DNA of 64,000 nucleotides, from the NCBI GenBank assembly GCA_965208835.1, contig OZ242358.1, positions 1,568,001-1,632,000 of the forward strand, given 5' to 3'. Below are positions 9,957-19,790 of the stretch, piece after piece. This DNA is from Candidatus Latescibacterota bacterium (GTDB lineage Bacteria > Latescibacterota > UBA2968 > GCA-2709665). A model generated the notes under the pieces. The model worked only from the letters and a program-made list of their open reading frames with translations. It did not search any database and was not told where the DNA came from. The position numbers were made by a program, and so were the translations under genes. Within the stretch, counting starts at the first letter, position 1; each line of letters opens with the position of its first letter.

Positions 9957-12900
9957 CTATACGGCGTCAATTTGCTGACGCGTAAGATGGAAATATAGAC
10001 CCTGCTTCTCGACCAGATCGATGTGGCTCCCCGTCTCGACAATATGTCCGCGATCAAGGACGACAATGGCATCGGCATCCCGAATCGTGCTGAGGCGGTG
10101 AGCAATGACAAAGGCTGTTCGGTCTCCGAGCATTTCCGCCAAACCTTCTCGAATCGCATGCTCCGATTCCGTATCCAGGGCATTGGTCGCCTCATCGAAA
10201 ATCAAGATGCGAGGATCGTGATAGAGCGCACGAGCAATGGCGACGCGCTGCCGCTGACCGCCGGAGAGTCCAATGCCCTGCTCACCCACCTTGGTTTCAT
10301 AACCGATTGGCATCTCCTCCACTACTTCGTGCAAATGGGCAAGACGTGACACTTCGAGCATGCGATCCATATCCAGATCTTCTACCCCCAGAGCGATATT
10401 ATCGGCAATAGTACCACCGAACATAAACGGATCCTGCAGCACCATCCCCACTTGCCGGCGCAACGAGCCAGGATCAAAATCCCGTAGGTCGATCCCATCA
10501 AGCATCACACGTCCGTCGGTGGGATCGAACAGCCTGGGAATAAGCTTTACGAGTGTCGTCTTGCCGGCTCCGCTACGTCCCACGATCGCCACCTTCTGCC
10601 CTGGCTCAACCTCAAGGTTGATGTCGTTCAGCACGTAAGGCTCTTCAGGCCCGCCGCCGTAACGAAAGAAGACCCTTTCGAGCACGATCTTTCCACTAAC
10701 CTGTTTGAGTGTAACTGCATTATCGCCGTGGCGCGATGCTTCCATCGGCGTCTCATAAATATCGTTCAGTCGATCAAGCGCGATGCGCGCTTCCTGGACT
10801 TCAGGCCACAATCCAATTAGACCCAGAATTGGTCCGGTCACATTGCCGATCATTGCGTTGAACGCCATCAATTGCCCGACCGACAGTTCCCCGTCAATCA
10901 CCAATGTTGCCCCGTACCAGAGTATAAAAGTACTACTGAAAAGATTCATCAATCCCCCGACGGACCCGAACACCATCCCGATCTTCGTACCATGTAATCC
11001 GACCTGGATCTGTTTCGTGAAACGCTCCTCCCATTTCCATCGCGTATCTCTCTCTACTGAGGCCGTCTTCACGGCGTCAATTCCGTGCAAGGAGTCGATG
11101 AGCACCGACGACTGTTCGACCTCTGCCAAAAAAGCGCGTTGGCTGAGCGACTTCAATATGGGCGTGTAAATCAACGTCAGAATCACAGAAAGAGGCATAA
11201 ATGCGAGGACTACAAGCGTTAATCGGGCGTTATAATAGAGCATCAATCCCAGGTAAACAAACAGCATCACCACATCCAGTACGACTGAAATCGTCGTGCC
11301 GGTCAGGAGTCCTTGAATGGTCGAGTTTTCTCCAAAGCGGGTCGTAAGATCCCCGACCCGTCGCAATGCAAAGAACCGCATTGGCAGGTTCAGTAAATGT
11401 CTGTAAAACCTAGACAACATCGTGATGCTCAATCGAGAGCTCACAAAAGCAATCAGATAAGTTCGTAGCGCCGACGTTGCCATTTGAAAGAGGGCAACGA
11501 CAACCATCCCTACGAGCATAAGATTCAACAGCTCGCGATCCTGATGTACTAAGACGCGGTCGACGATGGTCTGGGTGAAAATTGGGGACGCCAACCCGAA
11601 CAAGCTCATTACAAGCGACGCCAGCAGCACCTCGACAAGAACCCCTGTATACGGTCGAACCAATGGCCAAAAGCGACGAAAGGAAGTTCTCGTAGGCTCG
11701 TTCTCCGCAACGCGGTCCGTATAGGTTATTCTCAACGCGACGCCCGTCCAGCCGCGCTCGAACGCCTCTATGGAAAGCTTCTTGACACCTAGCGCAGGGT
11801 CGGCCACCATGACGTAATCATCCGAAACCCGGAAAAGCACCACAAAATGGTTGCCCTCCCAATGTACGATTGCGGGCAGGTTTACAAGCTTGAGATTCTC
11901 AAACCCGGTACGTACACCCTGCGTCACGAACCCCAATGTCTCGGCTGCTTCGGCCAACCCCGCGAGCGAGGCTCCCTGGGCGGATACATTTGTCATTTCG
12001 CGCAGTTTATTCAACCCAATCGGCATCCCGAAATGCTTGCAGACCATGCCCAGGCAGGCAGCCGCGCAATCCGTCTCGTCGTGCTGACGGATGAATGGAA
12101 ACCGTCGGACAACTAGGGAACTACTGTCCCGCTGCGACGTGTGCTCTGCGTCAGGAATATTCCCATTCTCAGCCTCAACCTCCTTCTTTCCGATTGTTGG
12201 ATCGGAGACAGGAATATTTACCGGAAGGTTTGCAGCCCCTTCTGACGCCGGTTCGATTAGTCGGTTTTCGATTAATTCCAACCCTGCCCGTCGTATACCA
12301 GGTAAACGGTCAAAAGCACGCAGAAAATCGTCCTTTGACAACGAATAGACCACGACGTCAGTTTTAGTAATGACGTCAGCAGGTTGCTGAACGCCCTTTA
12401 CGAGCGCAAGTGTACCAAAAAACGCGCCGGGCTTAAGCTCGCACGACGTCGTTTTCTGTCTGTCAGTGCTCACCGCCTCCATCTTTAGCCGTCCCCTCCC
12501 CACGAGGAAGAAACGGTCACCGGCATCCCCCTGGCGGATTATCCGGGTTCCTCCTGAAACCCGATCTCGTTTCAATTCTTGAAACAGCGCCTGCAGGACA
12601 TCACGGTCTTCTGGGCCATCCATTGCATTCAAAAAGCGAGTAAAATCCCGATATGCAATCTCAGCAACCTGCTCCTCAAGGCTATTTTTCAATTCTCGAT
12701 TCGATGCAACCGCTTTCAAGAAACTCGATTTGGAAACTCTCAATAATACTCCTGGCTCCGTAGCACGGACGGTAGCACGACGCGCCAGCTTGGTCAACAG
12801 CGCGCCCTCCCCGAAATGATCGCCCGGATAGAGATAACCAACTGTCCGCGGTCGTAACTCGATGCCGTTTCGGGTCACCCTAAGCCTTCCAGACCTCACA

Positions 12901-13022
12901 ATGTAGAAGGCGTCACCCCGGTCTCCTTCCCGAAAGATCACAGTACCCAAGTCAACATTGATCGAATTGCCTAATTCTGCCAATTGTCGAACAAGCTCGA
13001 ATCGTTTGGACAACTTACACAT
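9957..13022 (-). CDS. Peptidase-containing ABC transporter: 2x cNMP-binding + C39 peptidase + ABC TM + ATPase
   Basis: Two cNMP domains (IFREGDRGDAFYIV..G...HFGEGAL; IIRQGDAGDRFFLV); C39 QHDETDCAAAC, NHFVV, VADPA; Walker A GRSGAGKT, LSGGQRQR, DEAT. Confidence 0.93.
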   Translation of the reverse strand: MCKLSKRFELVRQLAELGNSINVDLGTVIFREGDRGDAFYIVRSGRLRVTRNGIELRPRTVGYLYPGDHFGEGALLTKLARRATVRATEPGVLLRVSKSSFLKAVASNRELKNSLEEQVAEIAYRDFTRFLNAMDGPEDRDVLQALFQELKRDRVSGGTRIIRQGDAGDRFFLVGRGRLKMEAVSTDRQKTTSCELKPGAFFGTLALVKGVQQPADVITKTDVVVYSLSKDDFLRAFDRLPGIRRAGLELIENRLIEPASEGAANLPVNIPVSDPTIGKKEVEAENGNIPDAEHTSQRDSSSLVVRRFPFIRQHDETDCAAACLGMVCKHFGMPIGLNKLREMTNVSAQGASLAGLAEAAETLGFVTQGVRTGFENLKLVNLPAIVHWEGNHFVVLFRVSDDYVMVADPALGVKKLSIEAFERGWTGVALRITYTDRVAENEPTRTSFRRFWPLVRPYTGVLVEVLLASLVMSLFGLASPIFTQTIVDRVLVHQDRELLNLMLVGMVVVALFQMATSALRTYLIAFVSSRLSITMLSRFYRHLLNLPMRFFALRRVGDLTTRFGENSTIQGLLTGTTISVVLDVVMLFVYLGLMLYYNARLTLVVLAFMPLSVILTLIYTPILKSLSQRAFLAEVEQSSVLIDSLHGIDAVKTASVERDTRWKWEERFTKQIQVGLHGTKIGMVFGSVGGLMNLFSSTFILWYGATLVIDGELSVGQLMAFNAMIGNVTGPILGLIGLWPEVQEARIALDRLNDIYETPMEASRHGDNAVTLKQVSGKIVLERVFFRYGGGPEEPYVLNDINLEVEPGQKVAIVGRSGAGKTTLVKLIPRLFDPTDGRVMLDGIDLRDFDPGSLRRQVGMVLQDPFMFGGTIADNIALGVEDLDMDRMLEVSRLAHLHEVVEEMPIGYETKVGEQGIGLSGGQRQRVAIARALYHDPRILIFDEATNALDTESEHAIREGLAEMLGDRTAFVIAHRLSTIRDADAIVVLDRGHIVETGSHIDLVEKQGLYFHLTRQQIDAV

Positions 13023-13611
13023 GTGCCCTTCAAATTGAGTTCAGTGATATCTGCGCAGGTTTCCGTGACCGAAACGGACGTCCGATATATTATTCCTTAG
13101 AGGGCAGATCATTCACAAAAAATGCGATCGGAATTCCTTCAAGAGTTGAACACGTGACTGAATACATCCAGCGGAGTATAGTGACGAATCAGACGTCTCT
13201 ATCCAGGGATTAATAGACGTGGTCGATCGAGAAATCGTCTAAACCTTCGGCAAAGGGAATCATGTCAATAGTGACGTCAAGGAAGGAAAAACCACATTGC
13301 GGGTAGTCTGCGCGATTTGCGGATACATTGCGAGGTGACTTGCGAGTTCATCGGGACTGCGGGAATCGGCAGAATCCTTGCTGGATAGCCTCTCGGTACT
13401 GCGGGGGACAACAATGGAACACTCCGTACCGGACTCAATGCACGACGGATGGGTACTCGGAATACGACCAAGTAGATTCTCTGCTGTGAAAGTCCCATAA
13501 TCGGCCAAAAACCCTGAGCATTTTTGAGAAAACTGACTGATATCGATTAAACGAGAGTTTTGGCTCCAAATTTGCACGCATACTGGTTCGGTCCAAATTG
13601 GCGAACGAAGT

Positions 13612-14394
13612 TCATCCCAATTCAACGCCCAACTCTTCGAACGGAATTACGTCCAAGAAATAGCGGATTAGTGCGACGAGTGTGTTATTTGTAATATGCA
13701 TGACAATTGGTCCGTTTAGAGACCTTGTGGTTTCGAATATATACACAGCAACAACGCCAAATAGGAAATGGTAGAACAAGGCATGTATTGCAGCGAATGC
13801 GGTTGTTTCGGAAATAGTCAAGACGTGCAGGCCGGAATAAACAAGAGCTGATACCGCTCCAGCATTAAGGACGGAGATGCGCTGACTCAGTGCGCGATAC
13901 AACAAACCGCGAAAAAGGTACTCCTCGATAATTGAAACGAGCGATGTTGTAATCAAAAACACGAGCAAAGTAACGCGCCAGTCAATCGGGTTCCTAGGTG
14001 GTGGGAGTTCGAATAGCGGGCTCGTCTTCGGGTAAACGGCCAAGGTGAAAAACCAACTTAAAGAGACAACGGCAGTTCCCGCAATTATAGATAATATTAG
14101 AGAACGGCGGTTACAACGTAATGTATTCCAAATGTGTCTTGGGGAAATCGACTGCCTTTTAAGGAAAGTGGCAAAAATCGGCAGCACGACTGCAAATAAC
14201 GCCACATTACGCCCGACTTCGACGAAATATCCCGAAATTCCTGGAACTTGTGCAAAGGGTGAAAACGACAGCAATGCAGAATTAATCATCCTCGCCAAGG
14301 GGAAAGACACCTGTAATAATACAAAGTATACAACTATACTTGCGATTGGCACTTCCATCGGCCAAGATCGATCTATGGAATGGTGTGTTCTCAC
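13612..14394 (-). CDS. CPBP (Abi/CAAX type II) intramembrane protease
   Basis: Multi-TM; IIEEYLFRG, YSGLH, MHITNN motifs. Confidence 0.88.
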   Translation of the reverse strand: MRTHHSIDRSWPMEVPIASIVVYFVLLQVSFPLARMINSALLSFSPFAQVPGISGYFVEVGRNVALFAVVLPIFATFLKRQSISPRHIWNTLRCNRRSLILSIIAGTAVVSLSWFFTLAVYPKTSPLFELPPPRNPIDWRVTLLVFLITTSLVSIIEEYLFRGLLYRALSQRISVLNAGAVSALVYSGLHVLTISETTAFAAIHALFYHFLFGVVAVYIFETTRSLNGPIVMHITNNTLVALIRYFLDVIPFEELGVELG

Positions 14395-14500
14395 AGTTAA
14401 TTTGGAATCGTCGTCAGATGTTTAATTCAATACATAGTTGACATTGTGGCATCATGCGGACAGTCTGCTCAAATCCAAGCTCGTTATTCAATCGGTGTTT

Positions 14501-15823
14501 TTATCCATTTTTGCAATTGCGGCCGTGTTCGCAACGGTTGTAGTGGACAACGAAGATACGGTAAGCGAAATATAGAACCGCCGAGAAAACGACAAGAATC
14601 CCCAAAAGCCAAGCGAGTGCGGCACTTAGGTTGCTATCCCGACCCCAATATCTTAGTCTGGTAAGCTCTGCCCGGTGTGACAATAACGATTGGATATCGT
14701 TACTATTCGTAGTGGAATCGGCTCGAATCGTGTTACGAGCGAGGACGTACAACGAATCTGCTATCCCAAATTTGCCCAATTCTTTGTTTATATGTCCCAG
14801 AATAGCCATGGACTGCGCAACCTCTGCGTGTTCTTCGCCCAATTCCCGTCGCCGTATAATAAGCGCCCGCTTCATCAACGGTAACGCTGCAAGAAAGTTA
14901 CCCTGCTGAGCATAGTTGTTCGCCGCACTGTGCAATACCTCAGCGACGTGAAGAGATTCCGGGCCGAAGGCAGTCTCAGAAACTTGGAGAGCACGCTGTA
15001 ACAGGGGCTCCGCTTCTGCATATTCTCCTTGGTTACTATGATTCTTCGCCAGGTTGAATAGAACTGTAGAGACACTACCGTGGGTCTCACCCAATGCTCT
15101 CTCGTATATGTCCAACGCGCGCAGGTAGAGGTTTTCCGCGGATTCATACCTACCCTGTGAATTGTAACTGTTCGCCAGTCCGTTCAATGTATGTGCTACA
15201 TCAGAACTATATTCACCGAAAGCCGTCGTCCTTATCTCAAGTGCGCGCGTGAAGAGTTCATCCGCACGTTCGTATTTGCCCTGGTCCCTGAGGTTGCGGG
15301 CGGAATTGTGTAAAAGACTCGCAATTTTCGGATGATTCTTGCCAGAGATCCTCTCTTGAAGTTCGACCGCGCGTTTAAAGGTCCCTTCCGCAATTTCGTA
15401 TCGGTGCAGTTCGTAGTATGACCACGACAGACGTCTCATCAACGACGCAAATATAGTGTCGTCTATATCACAACCGTTATCGATAATACCCAATGCGAGT
15501 CCAAGACAGAATGCTGCATCCTCATGCTCATTCTGATCGAAGTAGATGGAACCAAGTTCCTCTACAATTACGAAATGTTCGCATTGAAGCCCGTGACCCC
15601 TGGCTTCCCGTAGGGCGCTGTTATATTGCTGGACTGCAGTGACGTAATCGTCTCTTTCCAAGGCATTCCGAGCGGCCGCGTGATATACCTCCCAAGATAT
15701 TTCGTTACTTTGTATCGTGGAAATGAACAGAAACATGTGGATGTACAGGACGGATATCCTTCTTTGGAGGAACTTCAATCGTACCTCCAGTACCCCTTGA
15801 CGACTAAGGTGTCGCGTAGCCAT
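14501..15823 (-). CDS. TPR protein (kinesin-light-chain-like 42-aa repeats) with N-terminal hydrophobic segment and C-terminal TM anchor
   Basis: Repeats such as VAHTLNGLANSYNSQGRYESAENLYLRALDIYERALGETH; C-terminal AALAWLLGILVVFSAVLYFAY. Confidence 0.85.
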   Translation of the reverse strand: MATRHLSRQGVLEVRLKFLQRRISVLYIHMFLFISTIQSNEISWEVYHAAARNALERDDYVTAVQQYNSALREARGHGLQCEHFVIVEELGSIYFDQNEHEDAAFCLGLALGIIDNGCDIDDTIFASLMRRLSWSYYELHRYEIAEGTFKRAVELQERISGKNHPKIASLLHNSARNLRDQGKYERADELFTRALEIRTTAFGEYSSDVAHTLNGLANSYNSQGRYESAENLYLRALDIYERALGETHGSVSTVLFNLAKNHSNQGEYAEAEPLLQRALQVSETAFGPESLHVAEVLHSAANNYAQQGNFLAALPLMKRALIIRRRELGEEHAEVAQSMAILGHINKELGKFGIADSLYVLARNTIRADSTTNSNDIQSLLSHRAELTRLRYWGRDSNLSAALAWLLGILVVFSAVLYFAYRIFVVHYNRCEHGRNCKNG

Positions 15824-15916
15824 GGTACAGCTTGCTCAGTTAATTCGGACATCGTCGGTGGTGAACCGCCCGCTACGTGCCAATATAGAGTGAGACAACT
15901 CTCCCTCCGAGCTTAA

Positions 15917-16510
15917 TGTCGTACATTGGGCGGAGAGGAGAGCACGAGATGAGGTCAAGCATCGATGTTGGAGACAACGGCAGCAAGGGGTCTCTGGTTG
16001 TGGAGGTCCCGCGCGGAACCTCCACAACCACGAGGCCGGATCCCCCTGAACCGGCCGCCGGCCGAAGACGACGTATGATACGTGCGGCCGAATACCTCGC
16101 TCCGAGTGTGGGTGTGGCTTCGGCCTGCCGGGCATTGGGTGTGGCGCGGGTGTCGGTATACCGTCATCGCAAGCCACATCCAACGTGTCCGGCTCGGTCG
16201 CGCCGGTCTTCGCCCCGTGCACTTTCTCCGCAGGAGCGTGTCCGGGTCTTGGACATCCTGCACGAGGACCGCTTCGTGAACCGGGCACCGGCAGCCGTGT
16301 ATGCCGTGCTGATGGAAGAAGGACGGTATGTCTGCTCGACCCGGACCATGTACCGGCTGCTTCACGATGCCCACGAGGTGCGCGAACGGCGCAACCAGCG
16401 ACGTCATCCACGGCTCGAACCACCCCTGTTGGTGGCCAGTGCGCCCAACCAGGTGTGGACGCGGGATATCACCAAGTTGCCGGGACCCCGAAAATGGGTG
16501 ACCTATCCCC
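15917..16510 (+). mobile_element. Truncated IS3-family insertion sequence (transposase remnant)
   Basis: Starts TGTCG; VASACRALGVAR..VYR, RALSPQER, YVCSTRTMYRLL, APNQVWTRDITKLPGP, then breaks off before the DDE core is complete. Confidence 0.8.
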
Positions 16511-16794
16511 GCGACGTGGTGCCAAATTGATCGGCACAAGGCCACCCCTCGTTGGCCGGCTTCTCCTACCAAAAAGCTGGCCAAGGACATGCTCATAACG
16601 ACGACAGAGTTCGCTCACCTCTACATCGGCCTGTCTTCCGCGCTCTACCTTCGTGGATGCTCCTTCGTAATTGGGACGCCCATCCTCGTCGGTCATGAAC
16701 TGCTCACGGAACACCTTTGGAGGTGGGAACCCTCAGTTTTAAGAATCGGTTTCTTGTCTCACTTTCGTACAAACAATACATTCCCTCAACTGGC

Positions 16795-17190
16795 TTATGA
16801 TCCCTTCGCATCCTTTTTTTTCTGCTTAGTATCGGATTCCGGTGGAGGTTCCGGTGGAGGTTCTGGACAAATTGGCGGTAATAAAACCGGCGGACTAGAG
16901 AAAATCTCGGCGATCGTACCAAACAAACCACCGCCGCCGCCGCTTCCATTGGACCCTTTATTCCAAACGTCATTTTGAGTCCGTAAGTGGTCCGTGTCGT
17001 TTAGACTCTGTCCCGGTTGAACCGAGGATTCGGGGTGCACATAGTCAGACGAACGCAAACCACCTGTATTCCCAGAGGGGTTCTGCCCTTGACCTCCCCA
17101 TACCCTCTGAAGTTCCGTTCGGTCCAATACTTGCTCACGAGCTCTCAAATTGTCGCGGGCCACTAGTAATGTCTGCGAATTACGGGTCAT
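16795..17190 (-). CDS. Double-glycine-leader exported protein / bacteriocin-like precursor 2 (131 aa; Gly/Pro-rich core)
   Basis: AAGGAGG RBS; leader ends LDRTELQRVWGG, matching the L-x3-E-L-x2-V/I-x-GG C39 cleavage consensus. Confidence 0.75.
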   Translation of the reverse strand: MTRNSQTLLVARDNLRAREQVLDRTELQRVWGGQGQNPSGNTGGLRSSDYVHPESSVQPGQSLNDTDHLRTQNDVWNKGSNGSGGGGGLFGTIAEIFSSPPVLLPPICPEPPPEPPPESDTKQKKKDAKGS

Positions 17191-17452
17191 TTCAGTTCCC
17201 TCCTTACGGTTATGGTTAAAACTGAATATCCTTCGCGTCAACTTGACAACTCAACTCATCTTCGCCTCCTTTCCTCTTAGCGATTGCCGAGAGCCCGCTT
17301 GTCGAACATCAGTGAACGGATAGCGTCCACATCGCTTAATTCATACACTGATATTCCACTATTATGCTGAACGCGCCTGCACGTGCGTGTCTCGCCCGCG
17401 CTTGCTTTCGCACGGGCAAACAGACCGTCTTGCTTTTGTCTTCGAAAGTGGC

Positions 17453-17521
17453 TGTTAATGATCGGGCAGATGGAGCCATTTGAGGATCGCCATAATGGTG
17501 CCATCGCGCCGATCATTGACA
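17453..17521. mobile_element. Miniature TG...CA inverted-repeat element (IS21-like ends), copy 1
   Basis: TGTTAATGATCGG...CCGATCATTGACA, flanked by GTGGC/GTGGT (imperfect 5-bp duplication); second copy at 20879-20972. Confidence 0.6.
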
Positions 17522-17637
17522 GTGGTCTCCTATTTTTATTGACGGATTAACGGATGGCCGTTTGATTGGCCAGGACCGCAAGCAAGTATCTGACACTTGG
17601 GCCAGAATCCTTCGCCAAGACACCGAAAAACTCCTTC

Positions 17638-18840
17638 CTATTTTGCTTTCCTGGATATCAACTGTCTAACTATTGGACCAAAAACAACATCATTCAATAA
17701 GGGCTTTAAATGGAAATCTAGCTCTATGCCATTAAGAACGTCGTGGGACAAATCGGCCGATTTCTCTAACGCCGCATACGCCTTTGAAAACTCTCCCTGC
17801 ATGGAATAAACTCCAGCAATATTGTAATGAATCAACGCGAAACTGGGACATACCTCAATCGCCGTCCGAAAACTGACAATCGCCTCACCGTGCTTCTTCA
17901 ATCTTGCCAGGGCAAGCCCACGGTTGTTCCATGCGTCACAATCGTTGGGATCGATATCTAATGCATTATCAAAGTTTCGAATCGCTTCTTTGTACCGACC
18001 AAGTTCCAAAAGGGCATCTCCCTTGGAATAGTATACAGTGGGGTCTTTCGTGTTGAGTCCAAGCGCCGTGTCGTAACTGGCGATGGCGTCCACATATCTC
18101 TCGAGTTTTGATAGTGTAACTCCGTGTGAGTGCCAGGCTTGATGTGAATCTGGATTGATGTTCAGTCCAGTTCTGTAACTAGCCAAGCTGGCTTCTAAAC
18201 GGCCAAGCTTGTCCAATACGTTTCCCAGATTCATATGAGCATCGAAGTAGACTGAGTCCAATTCGATCGCCCTCAGAAGTGATTTGGACGCATCGTTCAA
18301 TCGATTCAGCTTTATTAATGGTCGTGCGCGAGCGTTCCAGAGTTTGGTATTCTCTGGCTGTGATTCTATGGCTTGGTCAATGGACGCCAGCGACTCCGGA
18401 TGCTTTCCGAGGGCGTCAAGGGACCTCCCGCGCCCCAAGATCGCTTCAGTGTAACTGGGGTTGATCGCCAACGCCTCATCATAGCTCTTGATAGCCGACT
18501 CGTATTGATTCAAACGTTCCTGAACTAAGCCGAGATCTTTCCATGCTTCGTGCACATCCGGTGGATTGAGCCGAATTACCGTTTCTAGATGCGCCGAAGC
18601 TTCGTGAAAATGCCGGCTCTTTGCGAACCTTAGAGCTTGATTCCAAAGCCTATAGGGATCATCGCCCCAATTGGTCGGATTTTCGTCCAACGCGCCGTAA
18701 GCACACTGAGAAGAGCAAAGTAATATACAAAAACACAGTCTTGCGATAAAAAGCTGACGCACAACCCACCCTAATTCAAGGCTCTTTGCAATGCCAATTA
18801 AATATGGATTCATTAGGCTTTCTTTCATAACAACCAGCAT
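17638..18840 (-). CDS. TPR protein with probable signal peptide and C-terminal YNIA..YS cap repeat
   Basis: Many 34-aa TPRs (AW.N.G..L..L.RY.EAI.SYD.AL.INP); hydrophobic LCFCILLCSSQCAYGA; true start may be downstream. Confidence 0.88.
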   Translation of the reverse strand: MLVVMKESLMNPYLIGIAKSLELGWVVRQLFIARLCFCILLCSSQCAYGALDENPTNWGDDPYRLWNQALRFAKSRHFHEASAHLETVIRLNPPDVHEAWKDLGLVQERLNQYESAIKSYDEALAINPSYTEAILGRGRSLDALGKHPESLASIDQAIESQPENTKLWNARARPLIKLNRLNDASKSLLRAIELDSVYFDAHMNLGNVLDKLGRLEASLASYRTGLNINPDSHQAWHSHGVTLSKLERYVDAIASYDTALGLNTKDPTVYYSKGDALLELGRYKEAIRNFDNALDIDPNDCDAWNNRGLALARLKKHGEAIVSFRTAIEVCPSFALIHYNIAGVYSMQGEFSKAYAALEKSADLSHDVLNGIELDFHLKPLLNDVVFGPIVRQLISRKAK

Positions 18841-19047
18841 TGGCTTTTAGACGGTGAAATGAATTGGCGCTACAAAAGGGACTCAGGAGAGTCGGGTACT
18901 ACCGAATCGAGTATCGACTCTTTCAAAATACCACAAACTGTGAAACGCAACAAGAGATGCATCCTCGGTATCCGCTGGCTGGATTATCCGCGTAACGCGA
19001 AGAAAATGTGCTTGAAATGTGCTGAAGTTCGCCCGGTGGTTGGTGTC

Positions 19048-19500
19048 TCAATGAACATGACGATAGTGAGAGTTGTGCGGCGATGGCAGGGCCGTTTCAG
19101 GCGCGTCAATTTGCCTTAACTGATCACGTGCCATGTTGCGGACATTTTCCTGGTTAATATAAGGTATCGTGACTCGGCTGGTATCGCCTCCATAGGTTGC
19201 TGCTTGGCCGATTATCGTCAAAGCGATTATTTCTTTTTCCTTTTTCTTATCCTTGGCCAGCTTCGATTGACCGAACGAGCCTAAGCCGTCCCAGAATTCC
19301 TTTTTTTTAGTTTGGTCCGATTTTTTTCCTCCCCATGTATCGTAACCAGAGTGCTTCGTGCCGCCAGCGCTCCTTTCTCCAGTTACGGACCGCATCTCCG
19401 CTCTAGTCAACGTTTTGGTACGAATTGACAGATCTGAGTTCGCTTGTGCCTTGAGTTCATCCCGTTTGGTAGCCCCAACTGCTGTTATTTTGACAGACAT
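19048..19500 (-). CDS. Double-glycine-like-leader exported protein / precursor 1 (150 aa)
   Basis: AAGGAG RBS; leader ends LTRAEMRSVTGE (GE in place of GG); L-x2-R-x3-L-x-R-x-E pattern shared with precursor 2. Confidence 0.65.
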   Translation of the reverse strand: MSVKITAVGATKRDELKAQANSDLSIRTKTLTRAEMRSVTGERSAGGTKHSGYDTWGGKKSDQTKKKEFWDGLGSFGQSKLAKDKKKEKEIIALTIIGQAATYGGDTSRVTIPYINQENVRNMARDQLRQIDAPETALPSPHNSHYRHVH

Positions 19501-19790
19501 GCTGTGTTCTCCTTTTTTCCAACTTGGTGGATGGTCCGTTTTTCGCTTGTTCGGAACAATTGGCAATGAATGGGAAGTCGTTCCCGTCCCAGGTTCATAT
19601 TAGTGGTGGGACATAGTCAGCCTGTCTTGGTTTTTCCGACATGGTCGGTCATTCGGAAGAAGACGCAAACGGAAAGGCTAGCCGTCGTGCTAATTCTGGT
19701 AGCATGCGTTTCGCCGCGCCGACGAAACTGTATAGAGGTGACTGCCGATCAACTCTCACACGTTCCGATTAAATGCCGCTGTAACGATCA

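Noticed and set aside
13260-13625. ORFs between the CPBP gene and the transporter, as possible extra precursors
   Set aside because: No RBS and no double-Gly leader motif; probably non-coding or decayed.
17388-17426. Hairpin containing GGGCAAAC/GAAA, considered as a c-di-GMP-I riboswitch
   Set aside because: Lacks the ordered GGCAAAC..GAAA..GCAAAGC P1/P2 arrangement on a single strand.
17277-17516. 79-aa ORF between TPR1 and cargo 2
   Set aside because: Its ATG and first codons come from the miniature inverted-repeat element; no leader or domain signature.
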